A stretch of 63,939 bases of DNA, filler included, from Basidioascus undulatus (Eukaryota): the NCBI GenBank assembly GCA_000826855.1. It is 18 parts of 18 records of this genome, joined end to end, with 100 filler letters (N's around TTAATTAATTAA, not from the genome) between each part and the next. Parts side by side here need not be neighbours in the genome. Positions count along the whole stretch, not along the records: positions 27,854 to 30,196 come from JTLS01002809.1; positions 30,297 to 32,636 come from JTLS01002810.1; positions 32,737 to 35,076 come from JTLS01002811.1; positions 35,177 to 37,515 come from JTLS01002812.1; positions 37,616 to 39,954 come from JTLS01002813.1; positions 40,055 to 42,389 come from JTLS01002814.1; 12 more parts are not named here. One strand, written 5' to 3'. Under the pieces are notes generated by a model. It saw only the letters and a list, made by a program, of their open reading frames with translations, had not been told where the DNA came from and ran no database searches. Position 1 is the stretch's first letter. Each line of letters starts with the position of its first letter. Shown in pieces: positions 28,973-40,896 of this stretch. The translations under genes were made by a program, and so were the position numbers.

Positions 28973-31900
28973 GTGGGCTGGGGGCGACATGGACACGCAT
29001 ACCACTACCCTTTCTTCACTGCAGATGGGGGCTACATGGCGTGGGGACGGGATCGGATGGGCCACTCGCCACTCACTCTCTTCGTCCTAAAAGTCGATCA
29101 CCTCACGCTCGTACCGGCTCGCCCTCAGCTTTCCTGCCCCTCACAAACACTCGCCGCATCCGTCTCGCCCGCCTGATCATCCATAGATCGGAGCCCCACA
29201 CTCTCTCCATCAGTCCTATTCGCCCACTCATCGCGCATCCAACAATGCTCCTCTCTGTTTCAGCGCTTGAATGCCTGAACTCCTCCTTCGATCGTCCCCA
29301 ATGACCAGCTTCCCGTCCTTTGGACGGCCTTCTCCTTCAACCAACGACACGCATCGCACTCCCTCATTTCCCGCAGCCCTCCTGCCGTCCTAACCCCTTG
29401 CCGCTCTCCTCCCCTGCTCTAAATTCGCGCATACGCATCCCGCTCTCCCTTCGGGCCGCATATTGGGCGTTTCCTGCACTGCAGCAGTGCAGAAAGCTGC
29501 TTGCATTGCCAACCCGAAGGTACAAAAATTGTGAAGCTGAAAGGGGAAGGATGCACGCTCTCCCGCTGTGTATGGACATTGCCCAACAGTCCAATGGACG
29601 CTGGACTGCTTCTTGTGTTGGAATTCCCGGGGTGACTCCATTCCAATGAGCATGTGGAGAGCAGAGCTTTGCTTTCTTAGAGGGATTGGCTGCACCTTCA
29701 GTGCCATCCCTCAGATGAGATGGCCGTGTTTGCCGGGTTGGTGTGTAGCCGCCACATGATGGATCACAGGTGTGAGCGCACTTGCTGGGCTCGTGTCATG
29801 AATCACGCCAGACATCACGAGTCAGTGATCAACTGCGTACCGTCCAGTCACTTCGGTCTACTGCTACCAGGGCTGGCATTAGCGAACGAAGTTGATGACA
29901 CTGTACTAAGCTGAGACTTCAGTGTAGAGCGAGTTGACAAACCAGAAGCTTTGGGTGCACAGCCCCCGTAGGCATCAGCCGGTGTTGGTGCACGACGTTG
30001 ATGACACTGGACTGAGCCGCAGCTTCGGTGTAGAGCAGGTTGACCATGCTGCATCTTATTTTTTTGGCCAATGGCAATCCTGCCATATTTGATCATCTCA
30101 CTCAGCAGCAGGCTACTACGGCATCCTGGTTCAGATCACATGCTACCCTTACTTGAGTCCATGGTGTTGGCCTACTGGCATTGTCTCCCCCCCCCCNNNN
30201 NNNNNNNNNNNNNNNNNNNNNNNNNNNNNNNNNNNNNNNNTTAATTAATTAANNNNNNNNNNNNNNNNNNNNNNNNNNNNNNNNNNNNNNNNNNNNAAGA
30301 GGAGGGGTTTCTGGGTAGTGGGGGTCTCATTTCATTGCGGTGAGGGTGAGCGCTCAACCTCGGTTGGTTGCCCACCCATCCGATGGACAGAGATTCCACG
30401 CCCGGCGCCTCCACATATGCGCGCACGGAGGGGCGCAACACCACCAGGACGACGAGATCGGCAGTGAGCGTGGCACAGAGGACGCTCAGTGAATCTCGAC
30501 CCGAGGTTGCACATGAACCGCCCACTGGAGGACCCCTCTTCAGCTCAGCGCTCACCCTACGGAAGGCATGCCTGCATACAGGGATGCAGGTGGGAGGGCG
30601 TGGGACTACGGCTCCCCGCGGAGTACGACAGAGCTCCCAACAAGGCCTCGTTCTACCCTCTTCGCAAGTTTGACAACCCCGTCGCACACATTCGACCCCG
30701 ATGGATACTACACTGTGTGTGCGCCGCGCGTAATGTGTGTGAATACGGTTCAGTTCGCGAACTCCCTAGCGACGGCCCTGTCCGCTGCGTTGTCGAGCGG
30801 TACCCTGTGGGACTGCAGGGGTACCGTGTTGGTATCCAGGACACGCGAGGGATGGAGCAGCGCAGGGAGGTTACTACCCCAGATCATCTGCGACTCCCTC
30901 TATAGGCTTACGTCCGGCCCACCTGCTCCCCTGCGCACACCTACCCCATGCCGTGTCCGTGACAATGCACAGGGGGAGGACCAGCGCGTGTCCCACGCTC
31001 TTCAACGTACCCTCAGAGACAGGGAGGACGCCTGGGCTTTTCGGCACCCTACACCCCAATCAGGCTATTGACATGTCACCCTTGGACGAGGAGAGGGTGC
31101 CCGACAAGGAGGCTAGGAAGAGGATGCCTTGGCATAAGGGCTTCACGTGTGCAGGATACACGTCCCATTCTACGGATGAGGGCAGATCGGTGCGCGTGTG
31201 TCACAAGGTATCCGTGAGGATATTCTGGAGGGCGACCTTGGGCGTGGGGCCCTGCTGCGATGCGAGCACGAGGACGGCGAGTGGTTGCTGTTCTGTATGG
31301 GGTCATGCTGCGCTGTAGCGAGGCAACGATAGTGTCGGTCTCCCAGCGTATCCAACAGACCTCGCTTGCCTTCGAGTCGAGGCCAACCATGCACATCTCG
31401 GCTGATTCTAGGACGGCAGTAGTTTCAGTGTCATCAGGTGTTCTAGTCAGACCGAGCGCGGAGTACGAAGCGGTGGACTCCACATCCCTCCACCGGTTTA
31501 CGTGTGTGAAGCTGCCAGAGTGCCGCTCTGTGGACATACGAGCTCCGTCAAGCTCCCTTGATCTTTTACCGGGCGTCCCTTACACTTCATCACTCCCACA
31601 GCCACGGCTGCACGCAGCACGCAGCTCTCCAGTAGTTTCCGCTTCCCGTTTTTGTATTTTTGTACTGTTCCTTTTCACATTTTCGCACTTATCTGCTGAC
31701 TCCGTTCCTGTTCTCATGCTCACTTATTTGGCCACTCGCAAATGGAGAACGCTTCTCCGTACAGACAAAGGCAAGGTACGAGGCGAACCTCCTTTGTTGC
31801 CTGCTTGGGAGGAAAGTCCGCACGTTGTGACATTGCCTTCCGGCTCCTCTTCCCAGTCTTACGTTTTCAGAAGTTCTTCTTGCTCTATTTCGACATTCGC

Positions 31901-32243
31901 GTTCCTCTTTTGTTTGTACTCCCCTTTGAATGTGTCATGTATGTCTCTGTGCTTGCAGACAATGCACGCGCACATGTGCACGTGGGGATGTGTTTGATTG
32001 ACTTTCCTCAGTTCCTTCAAATCGGTGCTAACGTCTGATGAACAATAACCCACCAAACAAGATTGTAAGGTATGCTGGAGAATTCCTAAGGGCGCTTCGG
32101 GCGTGTTCACTGCCCGCAAATGCGAGGAAAAAGTTCCGCACGGAGAAGCATGTGCTTATACTCCATTGAACAATCCACAAATGCAATTCCAGTACAGTCC
32201 GCAAAACAGCAACATGGTAACGGTGAGAGAACTCTGAAAGCGA

Positions 32244-32636
32244 TCAGCTTTCGCCATTGTTGCCGTCGTTGTTGTCGCCGTTTTCTCCCCCGCGTCGGCC
32301 ATTGCGATTGTCGTCCTCTTTGTCATCCTGCTCGTCATCCTTCTTGTCGTCCTTTTTGTCATTCTTCTTGTCTCCCTTCTGGTCATCATTCCTGTCATCC
32401 TTTTTTTTTTCGCCATCCTGTCCCGATTCCAATCAGGGCCAGCGCAAATTCCTCAACCACAAATGGTTATCAACTGCACCTTTTTCTCATCCTTTTTGTC
32501 ATCATCCTTCTTATCCTTCTTATCCTCTTTTTTCTCCTTCTTGTTTTTCTTCTCCTCCTCCTTCTTCTTCTCGGGCTTCTCAATGTACTTGATGACCTCC
32601 ACCGGCTTCTCCACAATCTTCTCCTTAATCACCGGC
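32244..32636 (-). CDS. 3' end of a K/D/E-rich low-complexity protein with EKIVEKPVEVIKYIEKP repeats (partial)
   Basis: VIKEKIVEKPVEVIKYIEKPEKKKEEEKK..DKKDDDKKDEKK, a probable short intron, then KKKDDRNDDQKGDKKNDKKDDKK..GES*. Confidence 0.5.
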
Positions 32637-33580
32637 NNNNNNNNNNNNNNNNNNNNNNNNNNNNNNNNNNNNNNNNNNNNTTAATTAATTAANNNNNNNN
32701 NNNNNNNNNNNNNNNNNNNNNNNNNNNNNNNNNNNNGCGGACCTGCCCCTCTCTACCTACCTCCTGCACCCACTCGTCAAGCTCATCTTTACGCCCGACG
32801 TCGGGCCGACCACCAAGTTCCTTCCAGTAATCGACGAGATGCTCGTCAAGGCCTCGGCGGACCCCAATGGCTCGACCAGCCCCTGATCATCCTCGGTGAG
32901 AATCTCGCCCAGCTGTGCGCCTTGGCCGAGCTTCTCTCTTCTGCTCACACCGCTCCGTACCGCAGACGACGACCACTCATATACCCCGCACCTGACGGCC
33001 ACGCTCCTCTCACTCTGTAGTCTCCCTCTCTTCCCCCAGTCTGCCCTCATCCGGCTTGCCCCACTCCGGGTCCACTCTCTCCTCCTCGTACGGAGTACGC
33101 CGGCGCCACAGCCCTGTCGATGTCGACATTTCTGCTTGAAATGCTGCATACAGTCCCTCATTTTTTAAAATTATGGTGTATGCTCTTGCCTTGTACCCGT
33201 CTTTCGATATATTGCCTCTCGAGCGCTCGATATCCTCGTCTACCATCGCATACCTCTCAGGTCTCCCTCAGATGCTTTAATTTCTCTTTTGGCGCATTTC
33301 AAAATCCCGGCTTATAGTTCCCTTTTCCAAGATCTTCTTCTTTGAGTTGCCCAGTAGTCCGGTTGATCATCTACCGCGCAGTGGGCTCCAGCTTTTGCAT
33401 GCAGTCGGCTGCACGGCGAAAAGTCAAGACCTGTTGAATGACCTGACCATATAAAGCTTTAATGATCCCAGTCGAAGTTCTAGTTCAAAAATTAAGAACT
33501 TGCTGATTAGTGGGAGCAAGGCTGGTGACTTGTCCGAAACGAACAGACAGGCGAGTAGTTTGCCGCACAACTTAACGGAT

Positions 33581-33654
33581 GACGCGTGGAGCGCGCGGTT
33601 TTTTTCTTCCCCGCGGCGACGCGTGTCCGCGCGCCACCTGCTCGACAGACGCGT
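33581..33654. promoter_or_regulatory. Cluster of three MluI cell-cycle-box (ACGCGT) motifs
   Basis: ACGCGT at 33582, 33619 and 33649, each as GACGCGT, around a T7 tract and about 350-430 bp upstream of the ATG at 34008. Confidence 0.5.
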
Positions 33655-34007
33655 TTGGTCATTGCCCTCCTGCACCGCCCCTCCGCCCTCCCTTTCCCAT
33701 CCAGCAGGCCTGGCTGGTTTCTCCTTCCAACACCGACGTCCGGTATCGCGGTCCTAAGTTATCTGCTTTCCAGCCGGCGCCCTCTCTTCTCTCTTCCTCA
33801 ACACACCCGCCTCCTCGGCCGCTGCACTCTGCAGATCGCCTCCTTCATTCCCCTTCGTATCGGCTGGCTCCGCCTTTTCAAAATCAACCCCTCGTCGCCG
33901 GTCGACCTTTCCCCATCCCAACCACCACACTCATTTAACACACCACGCGCGCTGGACGCTCACCACACCCATCCACACGCACGATCGCACCCCCACAACG
34001 CCGCACA

Positions 34008-35076
34008 ATGTCACGCCCCCTCTACATCGCTTTCTCCTCCCCAGCGATAAGCGTCCGCACGCGCCTCTCCCTCGGCGGGGCGGATCTCACCCACGTTGAA
34101 GCGGCCACCGCACTCCTCAGCTCGCACGTCCTCCTGCGCGAGGACAGCGTGCAGTCGCTGGGCGAGCGCTGTAAGGCGCACGCCGGCGGGGAGAAAGCTG
34201 GAGAGGGTGGGACGCCTAAGATGGCGGGGCTGGGGTTGGGGCTTGGGCTCGGGTACGGAGGTGGGAGGGGGTCGCCCGTGGGGAGCGAGGACACGAGCAG
34301 TAGCGGCTCGAGTAGCGACAGCGACGCGTCTGCGTCCCATACCGAGGGCGAAGACGCCGATGGGGGCCGGCGCAAGTCGAAGATCCCCTTCGACTCCGCC
34401 TGGCTCCCGGCGCCGGCGCCGGTGTTTGAGCAGGGCCCGCAGGTCTCCTTCCCCATCTCCCCCCGGACGCCGGATGAGCTGGCCGTGGTCGCGGCCGCGT
34501 CGGAGTTGGAGGAACAGGTCAAGCTGAAGAGGCTGGCTTCTCGTGCGCCGTCCCAAATCTCTCCCCAGCCCATATAATGCTCACAACGACGCGCCCCAAT
34601 TGTCCAGTCGAAAACTTCATCGCTCCCTCGCCCCTCCCCGCATCCTCCCCGCTATTCGCTAATCCCCGTCCGTTCGACAGCAGCCCCGCCGGAGGACCCG
34701 AAGAGCGGAGCTGCTTCTCCCCGCCCTCCCCCGCCTCCTCCTCCTCCGCGCAGAGCTCTCGCTCCTCCATCTACTACACCGCCTCCCCTTCCGCCTCGCG
34801 CACCTCGTCCTCGGCCTCCTCGTCTCCCTCCCTCCCGCTCGACGGCGCCGCCCTCGCGTCGTTCTACGCCGCCGGGCGCGCGGACGAGTCCTTCGCGTGC
34901 GCAGGGCTCAGCCTTCCGCGCCCAATCCCGAGCGCGTACGACCTCGCGCTCCGTTCCGGCTCGGAGCCTTCACCGCTCGTCCGGCTTTCCCGCTCGGCTG
35001 AGCGCCTGCGGCAACAGCAACAGCAGCAGACCACCCCCGCTCCCGCCGTTGCAGACGCCGACGACGTCCCTTCTGA
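34008..35076 (+). CDS. Ser/Pro-rich hypothetical protein, 5' part
   Basis: Long GC3-rich frames 34008-~34518 and ~34609-35076, joined by a probable intron. No domain recognised. Confidence 0.55.
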
Positions 35077-35237
35077 NNNNNNNNNNNNNNNNNNNNNNNN
35101 NNNNNNNNNNNNNNNNNNNNTTAATTAATTAANNNNNNNNNNNNNNNNNNNNNNNNNNNNNNNNNNNNNNNNNNNNCCCCCCCCCCCGCCCCTCTTCCCC
35201 CCCCCCCCCAAAAAAAAAATTAAACAGACAAACGCAC

Positions 35238-37504
35238 ATGTATCTCCCCCGCCCTAAACTCCAGCGCGCCCGCATACTCCCAGAACCTCACTTTCCCCTT
35301 GGCCGCCTCCACGCCCGGCTGCGTCGCGCGCACGACGTCTGTGATGATCCGTGTTGCGAGCGGCAGGGTGTCCTGGTCTGCGTGGTCCGGTGCGGTGTTT
35401 TCGAAGATCCGGTTGAGGAGGAGCGGGTAGCGGGGGAGGCGAAAGACGGGGCGCTGGAGCCTGGGGGGGCCGGTGTGGTGGGGTTAGCTGCGGTTTCGGG
35501 AGACTGGAGGAAGAGGGTAGGGGGCGGAAAGAGAAGGGCGAAGGCGCACAGTGCGAGGATGCTTTGACGTGAAGGAGCGTGGCGCCCGCATTCCTAGAAC
35601 CGAAGTCAGCGTCAGTGGAAGATCAGGAGAACGTCGGAACTGAGTCCCGCACCTCCATATGTCGCGCGAATTTCGGATTCTTCTCAATCTCGTTCTTGAT
35701 CCGCGCTTCTTGCAGGGGCCAGTGCTTGATCTACCGGCGCCTCTGGTTGTCAGCACTTCCGTCTTCCCAAAGCACTCCTTTCTTCCTCCTTCCTCCGTCC
35801 ACCTCCCAGCTTCTCCCTCAGCCCATCTCTTTCAGCGTTCCCAATTCCGTCCCTCGAGCTCGCCCATCGCATCCCCGGCCCGCCGACTGCCCCTCGAAAT
35901 CCCTCTTCGACCTGATCGTTTATGAGGGAAGAGCCGCCAACACCAGACTCACATACTCCTCATAATCCCCCTGCCACTCGATCGCCCCGTCCAATACCAA
36001 GTCCACAATCGTCTCGAGCAGCGGGTGCTGTGCGGCCTGGCGCTCGTACGCCTTGGACAGCATCCGGCGGTGGTGAACGATGAGAGCGGGGAGGTTGTGG
36101 ATCTGGGGCGGGCAAGGGAGGGCGTCAGTACGTCTCTTTTGAGCGTGAGGACATCCGAGCAAGGTGGATGGGGGTAGGGAGAGAGGAGAGAGGGAGAAAG
36201 AAGAGGGAGGAGGGGAGAGGGGCAAGACGCACCGCTTCAGACAGGAAACTCTCCCGCGCGGGGGAGGGAATGATGTCCTCATTCTCAAGCGGGGGTATGA
36301 ATACCTGTGCGCCCAGACGCACGACACAGACAGGGATGAGGGTGTTTTTTCTCTTGAAGAGAGGGAGAGAGAGGGCGACGCACGTTCTGCAGAAACTCGA
36401 GATCGCGGAGGTACTGCTTTTCTGTTTTGAGGAACTCGAATATCGCGCTGGGGAGCACGAGCACTGGGTCAGCGGCGTACTGAAAGGAAGAGAAGAAACG
36501 GAGGGCACGGAGGAAAGAAAGGTGAGATGGAGGGAGAGGGAGAGGAAGAAGAAGAGAGACCCACCTCTGCCGCGAGACCTCCTTCTCGTCGAATGCGGCG
36601 AGCGTGTCGGGGTTGACGAGCGTGTGCTACTCCCGCGGGTCCGATCAGTCCTCCGTCAACATAGCGGGCTTTCGGCCTGTAGGAGGAAAAGGAAGAACGC
36701 ACCCACTCGGAACTAACATCCTCCCTATTCTCCTGCCACTCTTTGAGTGCGCCCAGCTCCACCCTATGCCCCACACAGCTCCAATCAGCCGCCGCCTTCT
36801 CGCACCCCCATCCCCAACCCCCCAAACCCAACGTACGCTTGTCTCATCCGCTCCTTCTTCACGAACGTCCCCTCCGCGCTCCTCCAGTTGGTCTCGCTCG
36901 GGTCGACCCAGCTGTACTCTCCTTCTGCCGACCCCGCTCCATCCGCGCCGAGGGAGATCTCGACGCTGCTCTTCCCGCTTGCAGAACTAGAGAGGACCCG
37001 CTCGACAGACGCGTCCATCTCCTGCTGTAAGCGCATGTCGAGCTTGCTCCGGCGGATGGCCTCGGCGAGGTCCGGGTCCGCGTCGGCGTCGACATCCGCG
37101 TCGGGCTCGAGCTCGGTAGAGAGGGTGAAGGACTTCTCATCCGGGTACGCGTGGGTGGACTCGCTCGTGGGCGCAGTTTCGGACGAGAGGCGCGAAGTGA
37201 TGTTGGGCGACTCGCCGACGAAGGGCGGGAGATAAGACGACCCCGAGCCGAAGGACGAGTCGCTCTTGTCGGAGGTGTACATGTCCGCGGAGGAGGCGTG
37301 CGTGTTCGCGGACTGGGAAGCGCTGGGGTAGAACGGGCGGATGGGGGTGGGCGTGTTGTTGAGGTCCGTCGCGGACAGCCGGAGCGCGAGCTCGAGCTCC
37401 GCTTCGGCCTGCTCGGCTGCTGGGGGAGGGGGCGGAAGAGGCCGTGCGGCGTACGCGGATGGCGCGGCGCCGGGGGGACGCCGGTAGGGCTCGGGCTCGG
37501 GCAT
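35238..37504 (-). CDS. Rho1-type guanine nucleotide exchange factor (Tus1/Rgf3-like DH domain), partial
   Basis: Spliced: EKEVSRQSAIFEFLKTEKQYLRDLEFLQN|VFIPPL..IIPSPARESFL..RQAAQHPLLETIVDLVLDGAIEWQGDYEEY|..LQRPVFRLPRYPLLLNRIFENTAPDHADQDTL. Confidence 0.85.
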
Positions 37505-37774
37505 GCGTATTGGGGNNNNNNNNNNNNNNNNNNNNNNNNNNNNNNNNNNNNNNNNNNNNTTAATTAATTAANNNNNNNNNNNNNNNNNNNNNNNNNNNNN
37601 NNNNNNNNNNNNNNNGAGAGCGGGGATGAAGAGGTAGGAGATTGCGAAGCCGTAGAGGGCATGAGGGGGTGAGGGGGTGTATTGAGAGGGAGAATGAATG
37701 AGTTTGGGTTTTGACGATGCGAGCGAACACGCCAGACCGGCGACGCGAGTGCTTGTACCCTCTAAGCGAATCCA

Positions 37775-38482
37775 TCATCTCCTCAAATCAAAGTCCCCCT
37801 CCTCCCTCCACTCGCACCCCTCCTTCTCTGTCCGCGCCTCAACCGTCCGTCCCAGCGCGCTCACCTCCTCCCTCAGCAGCGCCGTAACCTCCGTGCGCAC
37901 CGCGCGCTCCTCCTCGCCCTCCTGCCGCCCCGCGGCCCGCCAAGCGCCCAGCAGGGCCTCGACCCGCCGCTCCTGCACGGGCGCCCCGATCGTCACGCTC
38001 ACGCGCGCAGAGAGCGAGGGGAGGAACAAGTACGGCCGCGGCTCGGGGAAGACCTTGTCGAACCCGGAGAGGTGGATGGGCAGGACGAGCGGCGTTTCGC
38101 TGCAGAGCGTCAGTATCCGGCCGACGCCCCACCGGAAGGGCAGGAGCGGGTGCTGGGAGGGCGTGACGCCTGGAGGGGGCGGGTTGATACGGCCTTCAGG
38201 AAAAATGTGCACCTGCGCTCCGAAAAGGGACCCATGAGCAGACAGGGGGGAAGAAGGAGCGGAGTCTTAAGTCTCACCCAGCGCCCTTCATCCAACAATT
38301 GTGCCGCGCGGAAAATCGCAGGCTGATCGACACCTCCACCGCGGAACGTCTCCAGTACCTGACCGAGGGTAAAGAACTTGCGAAGGAACCTGGACCGAAA
38401 GGAAGACGCAGTTCAGTCCCGTCCATCTCAGGAACTCTTCGGCAATGCCCACTCACGCATTCCGGAAGATCACGTCGCTCGC
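37775..38482 (-). CDS. TAZ1: C-terminal half of tafazzin (lysophospholipid acyltransferase/transacylase)
   Basis: ASDVIFRNA|FLRKFFTLGQVLETFRGGGVDQPAI..LLDEGRW|VHIFPEGRIN..LLPFRWGVGRIL..PLVLPIHLSGFDKVFPE. The N-terminal NHxSxxDDP motif is absent from this contig. Confidence 0.88.
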
Positions 38483-39198
38483 CTCCTCCGCGTCCCTTGC
38501 CTCCCTCTCCGCCTCCCCATCCTCCACCACCCCCTGCACCCCGTCCGCCTCTCCCTGCTCAACCTCCATATCCTCCCCCTCCTCCTCCTCGTCCTCCTCA
38601 CCCCGCGCCCGCTTCTCCGCCGCTGCGGCCTCCTCCTCCCGCGCGCGCTTGAGCCCGGTCTCGCGCTGCTGCGCATGCGAGACGGTGAGACGCGACTTGG
38701 CGGCTTTTTGTTGGGCGGCGTAGGACGCATCGGGCGTTTGGAGCGCGAGGAGCGCGTGCGAGGGCTGGCGGGCGTAGTCGATTTTCTGGGGCGCCATCCG
38801 AGCATGAGCAACCCATCGACGGAGGAAAGGGTTAGGGATGGAAGGGCAAAGGACACACCATCGGCTTCCCGTAAAAGCGCCCGCCGTCCTCGGCACGGAG
38901 AGCGGCGGTCGCGCTGGCGAGGTCGTCAAAGACGACGAACGCCTGTCCGCGCATCTTTGGCGTCTTGAGCGCGACGACGTCGAGGATGCGCCCGTACGAC
39001 TGGAAGTACACGTAGAGCTGTGCGCGGAGCTCTGGAACCCGTCACCCAGCACGTAAGTACTAACTCAACCAGGAGGGAGGAGGAAGGAGGCAGGGGGAGC
39101 AGGGAGGGGAAGGAGGAGCCAGGCAAGGGACCTTGTTTTTGGATCTTGTCGTTCAGGTTTTGGATGTACAGCGACTGGTTCGGCTGTTCCTTCGGCAT
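38483..39198 (-). CDS. U1A/U2B'' spliceosomal protein, RRM1 plus acidic linker (RRM2 absent; frame continues into tafazzin)
   Basis: PNQSLYIQNLNDKIQKQ|ELRAQLYVYFQSYGRILDVVALKTPKMRGQAFVVF..FYGKPM|KIDYARQPS. Confidence 0.9.
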
Positions 39199-40054
39199 GG
39201 CGGGCGATTCCGGATCCTAGATCGAACCGAGAGCGAGAGGGAGGGAAGGAAGGAACAGAGACGAAGGAAGATGATGAGCGCTGCGCGAGGAACGGACTGA
39301 CGAGAGAGCGAGAGTCGCGCGAGGGGGGCTAGTACGCGTACAGTACCCCCCTCGCGTTAAAAGCAAGGGCAACACAGCGTACGTAATCACTAGCAACTCA
39401 CCCAAGGCAATAGGGTCCGGCGCGAACGCGAGGCGAGAAGACGCACAGACAGCGCATCCTCGCCCTCGAGTGCACGTTGCACGCTGCTCTCGCTGCCCGC
39501 GTCCAGGCTCGGATCATTTCCTTCCCTCTCCTCCCTCCTAACCTTCCCCCTTACGCCGTACATAGTCCTTGTGAGTTCAGAAGGAGAAGGAGGTGCATGG
39601 GGAAGGTGAGGTGAGGCTGAGGCTGAGGGTGGGTGCAGGAACGCGTCTTCGGCGGGCCCGCGCGAGGCTTTACGCTCGTTTACGACATACACGTACCTGA
39701 AGCACGAACCCCTTTTGTTGTGCGTAGGAATACGGAAAGCCAGCCAAGGTGCATGGGCGGCCACGGCTCCGAGCGCGACTTGCGTGTGCTCACCCTCCTC
39801 CCGCTCGCGCAGATGTCGGCCTTCCCCCCACCCGCCGCGCACCTCCTCAACTCCACTATGCTCCCCACCTCCTCCGCGCTCTCCCCCCTCGCGCCCCTTG
39901 CGCCCCTCCTCATCCTCTTCCACGCCCACCCGTCCCCCACATCCTGGTACCCCTNNNNNNNNNNNNNNNNNNNNNNNNNNNNNNNNNNNNNNNNNNNNTT
40001 AATTAATTAANNNNNNNNNNNNNNNNNNNNNNNNNNNNNNNNNNNNNNNNNNNN

Positions 40055-40543
40055 TCTGGTGCGTGTGGAATCGTGCAAGGGGAGTCGGTGCGTCGCTGCT
40101 GCTCTCCTTAATCTTCCGAAACGGAGTATGCTGATGCGTCGACGCGCACAGCTCTTGTCCCGCCCAAATCCCTCCTCTCCGCCGCCTCACACCTCCCACA
40201 GCACACCGCACCTCCCATCCACCTGCGGATCTTCCGTTCGGGCCTGCGAGTCCTGCACACGCCGCCCTTTTCACATGCGTCCTTCTCCGCGCGCCTCCTG
40301 GCGACGCACCTCCCCAAGCGGGAGAGCAACCTCTCACTCGTGGACCTCGCGCGCGCGGAGCGGCTCAGCTCGTTCTTGGTGGGCGAGATGGTCGAGGGAG
40401 TCGAGGCAGAGGAGGGCGCGGTCGTTAGAGATGAGGATGGAAGGGGTGAGGTGAGGTGGTGGAGGAATGAGATTAGTAGGGAGTGGGAGAGATGCGTTGG
40501 GACGGGTGGGGAGTGGGAGTGGGGGAGCTGGGGAGGGATTTGA
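40055..40543 (+). CDS. VPS36: ESCRT-II subunit Vps36 (EAP30/Vps36 domain), 3' end
   Basis: WCVWNRARGV|ALVPP..IHLRIFRSGLRVLHTPP..VGEMVEGVEAEEGAVVRDE..VRWWRN*. Confidence 0.8.
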
Positions 40544-40896
40544 GGGAGGCACGCGTTGGCTGCTTTCCTTATGCGACGCGTCCGTCCAACAGGCTCTGGG
40601 CGCAGCTTCCAGAACGCACTTCCCGCCAGTCAGGCTGTCAATTTGCCTGTCTTCTTTACAGAAACACAAAGGCTGCACTCCGAGCGCGACGCTGGACGAG
40701 CGGCACTCATTTGGATTCTCACTCAGGCAAAGCACGGAGGAAGGAGGACCGTGCATTAACATGATCAAAAACTTGGGTAAAATTTTGACACCTCCACTCC
40801 GACAAAGCCCAACTACCTAAAGGTGGCGCAGAGACGTGGTCTCGACGCATCGCAAGAATTATTAGCACGAGAGCGCGGACAAGCCGTGCTCTACAA

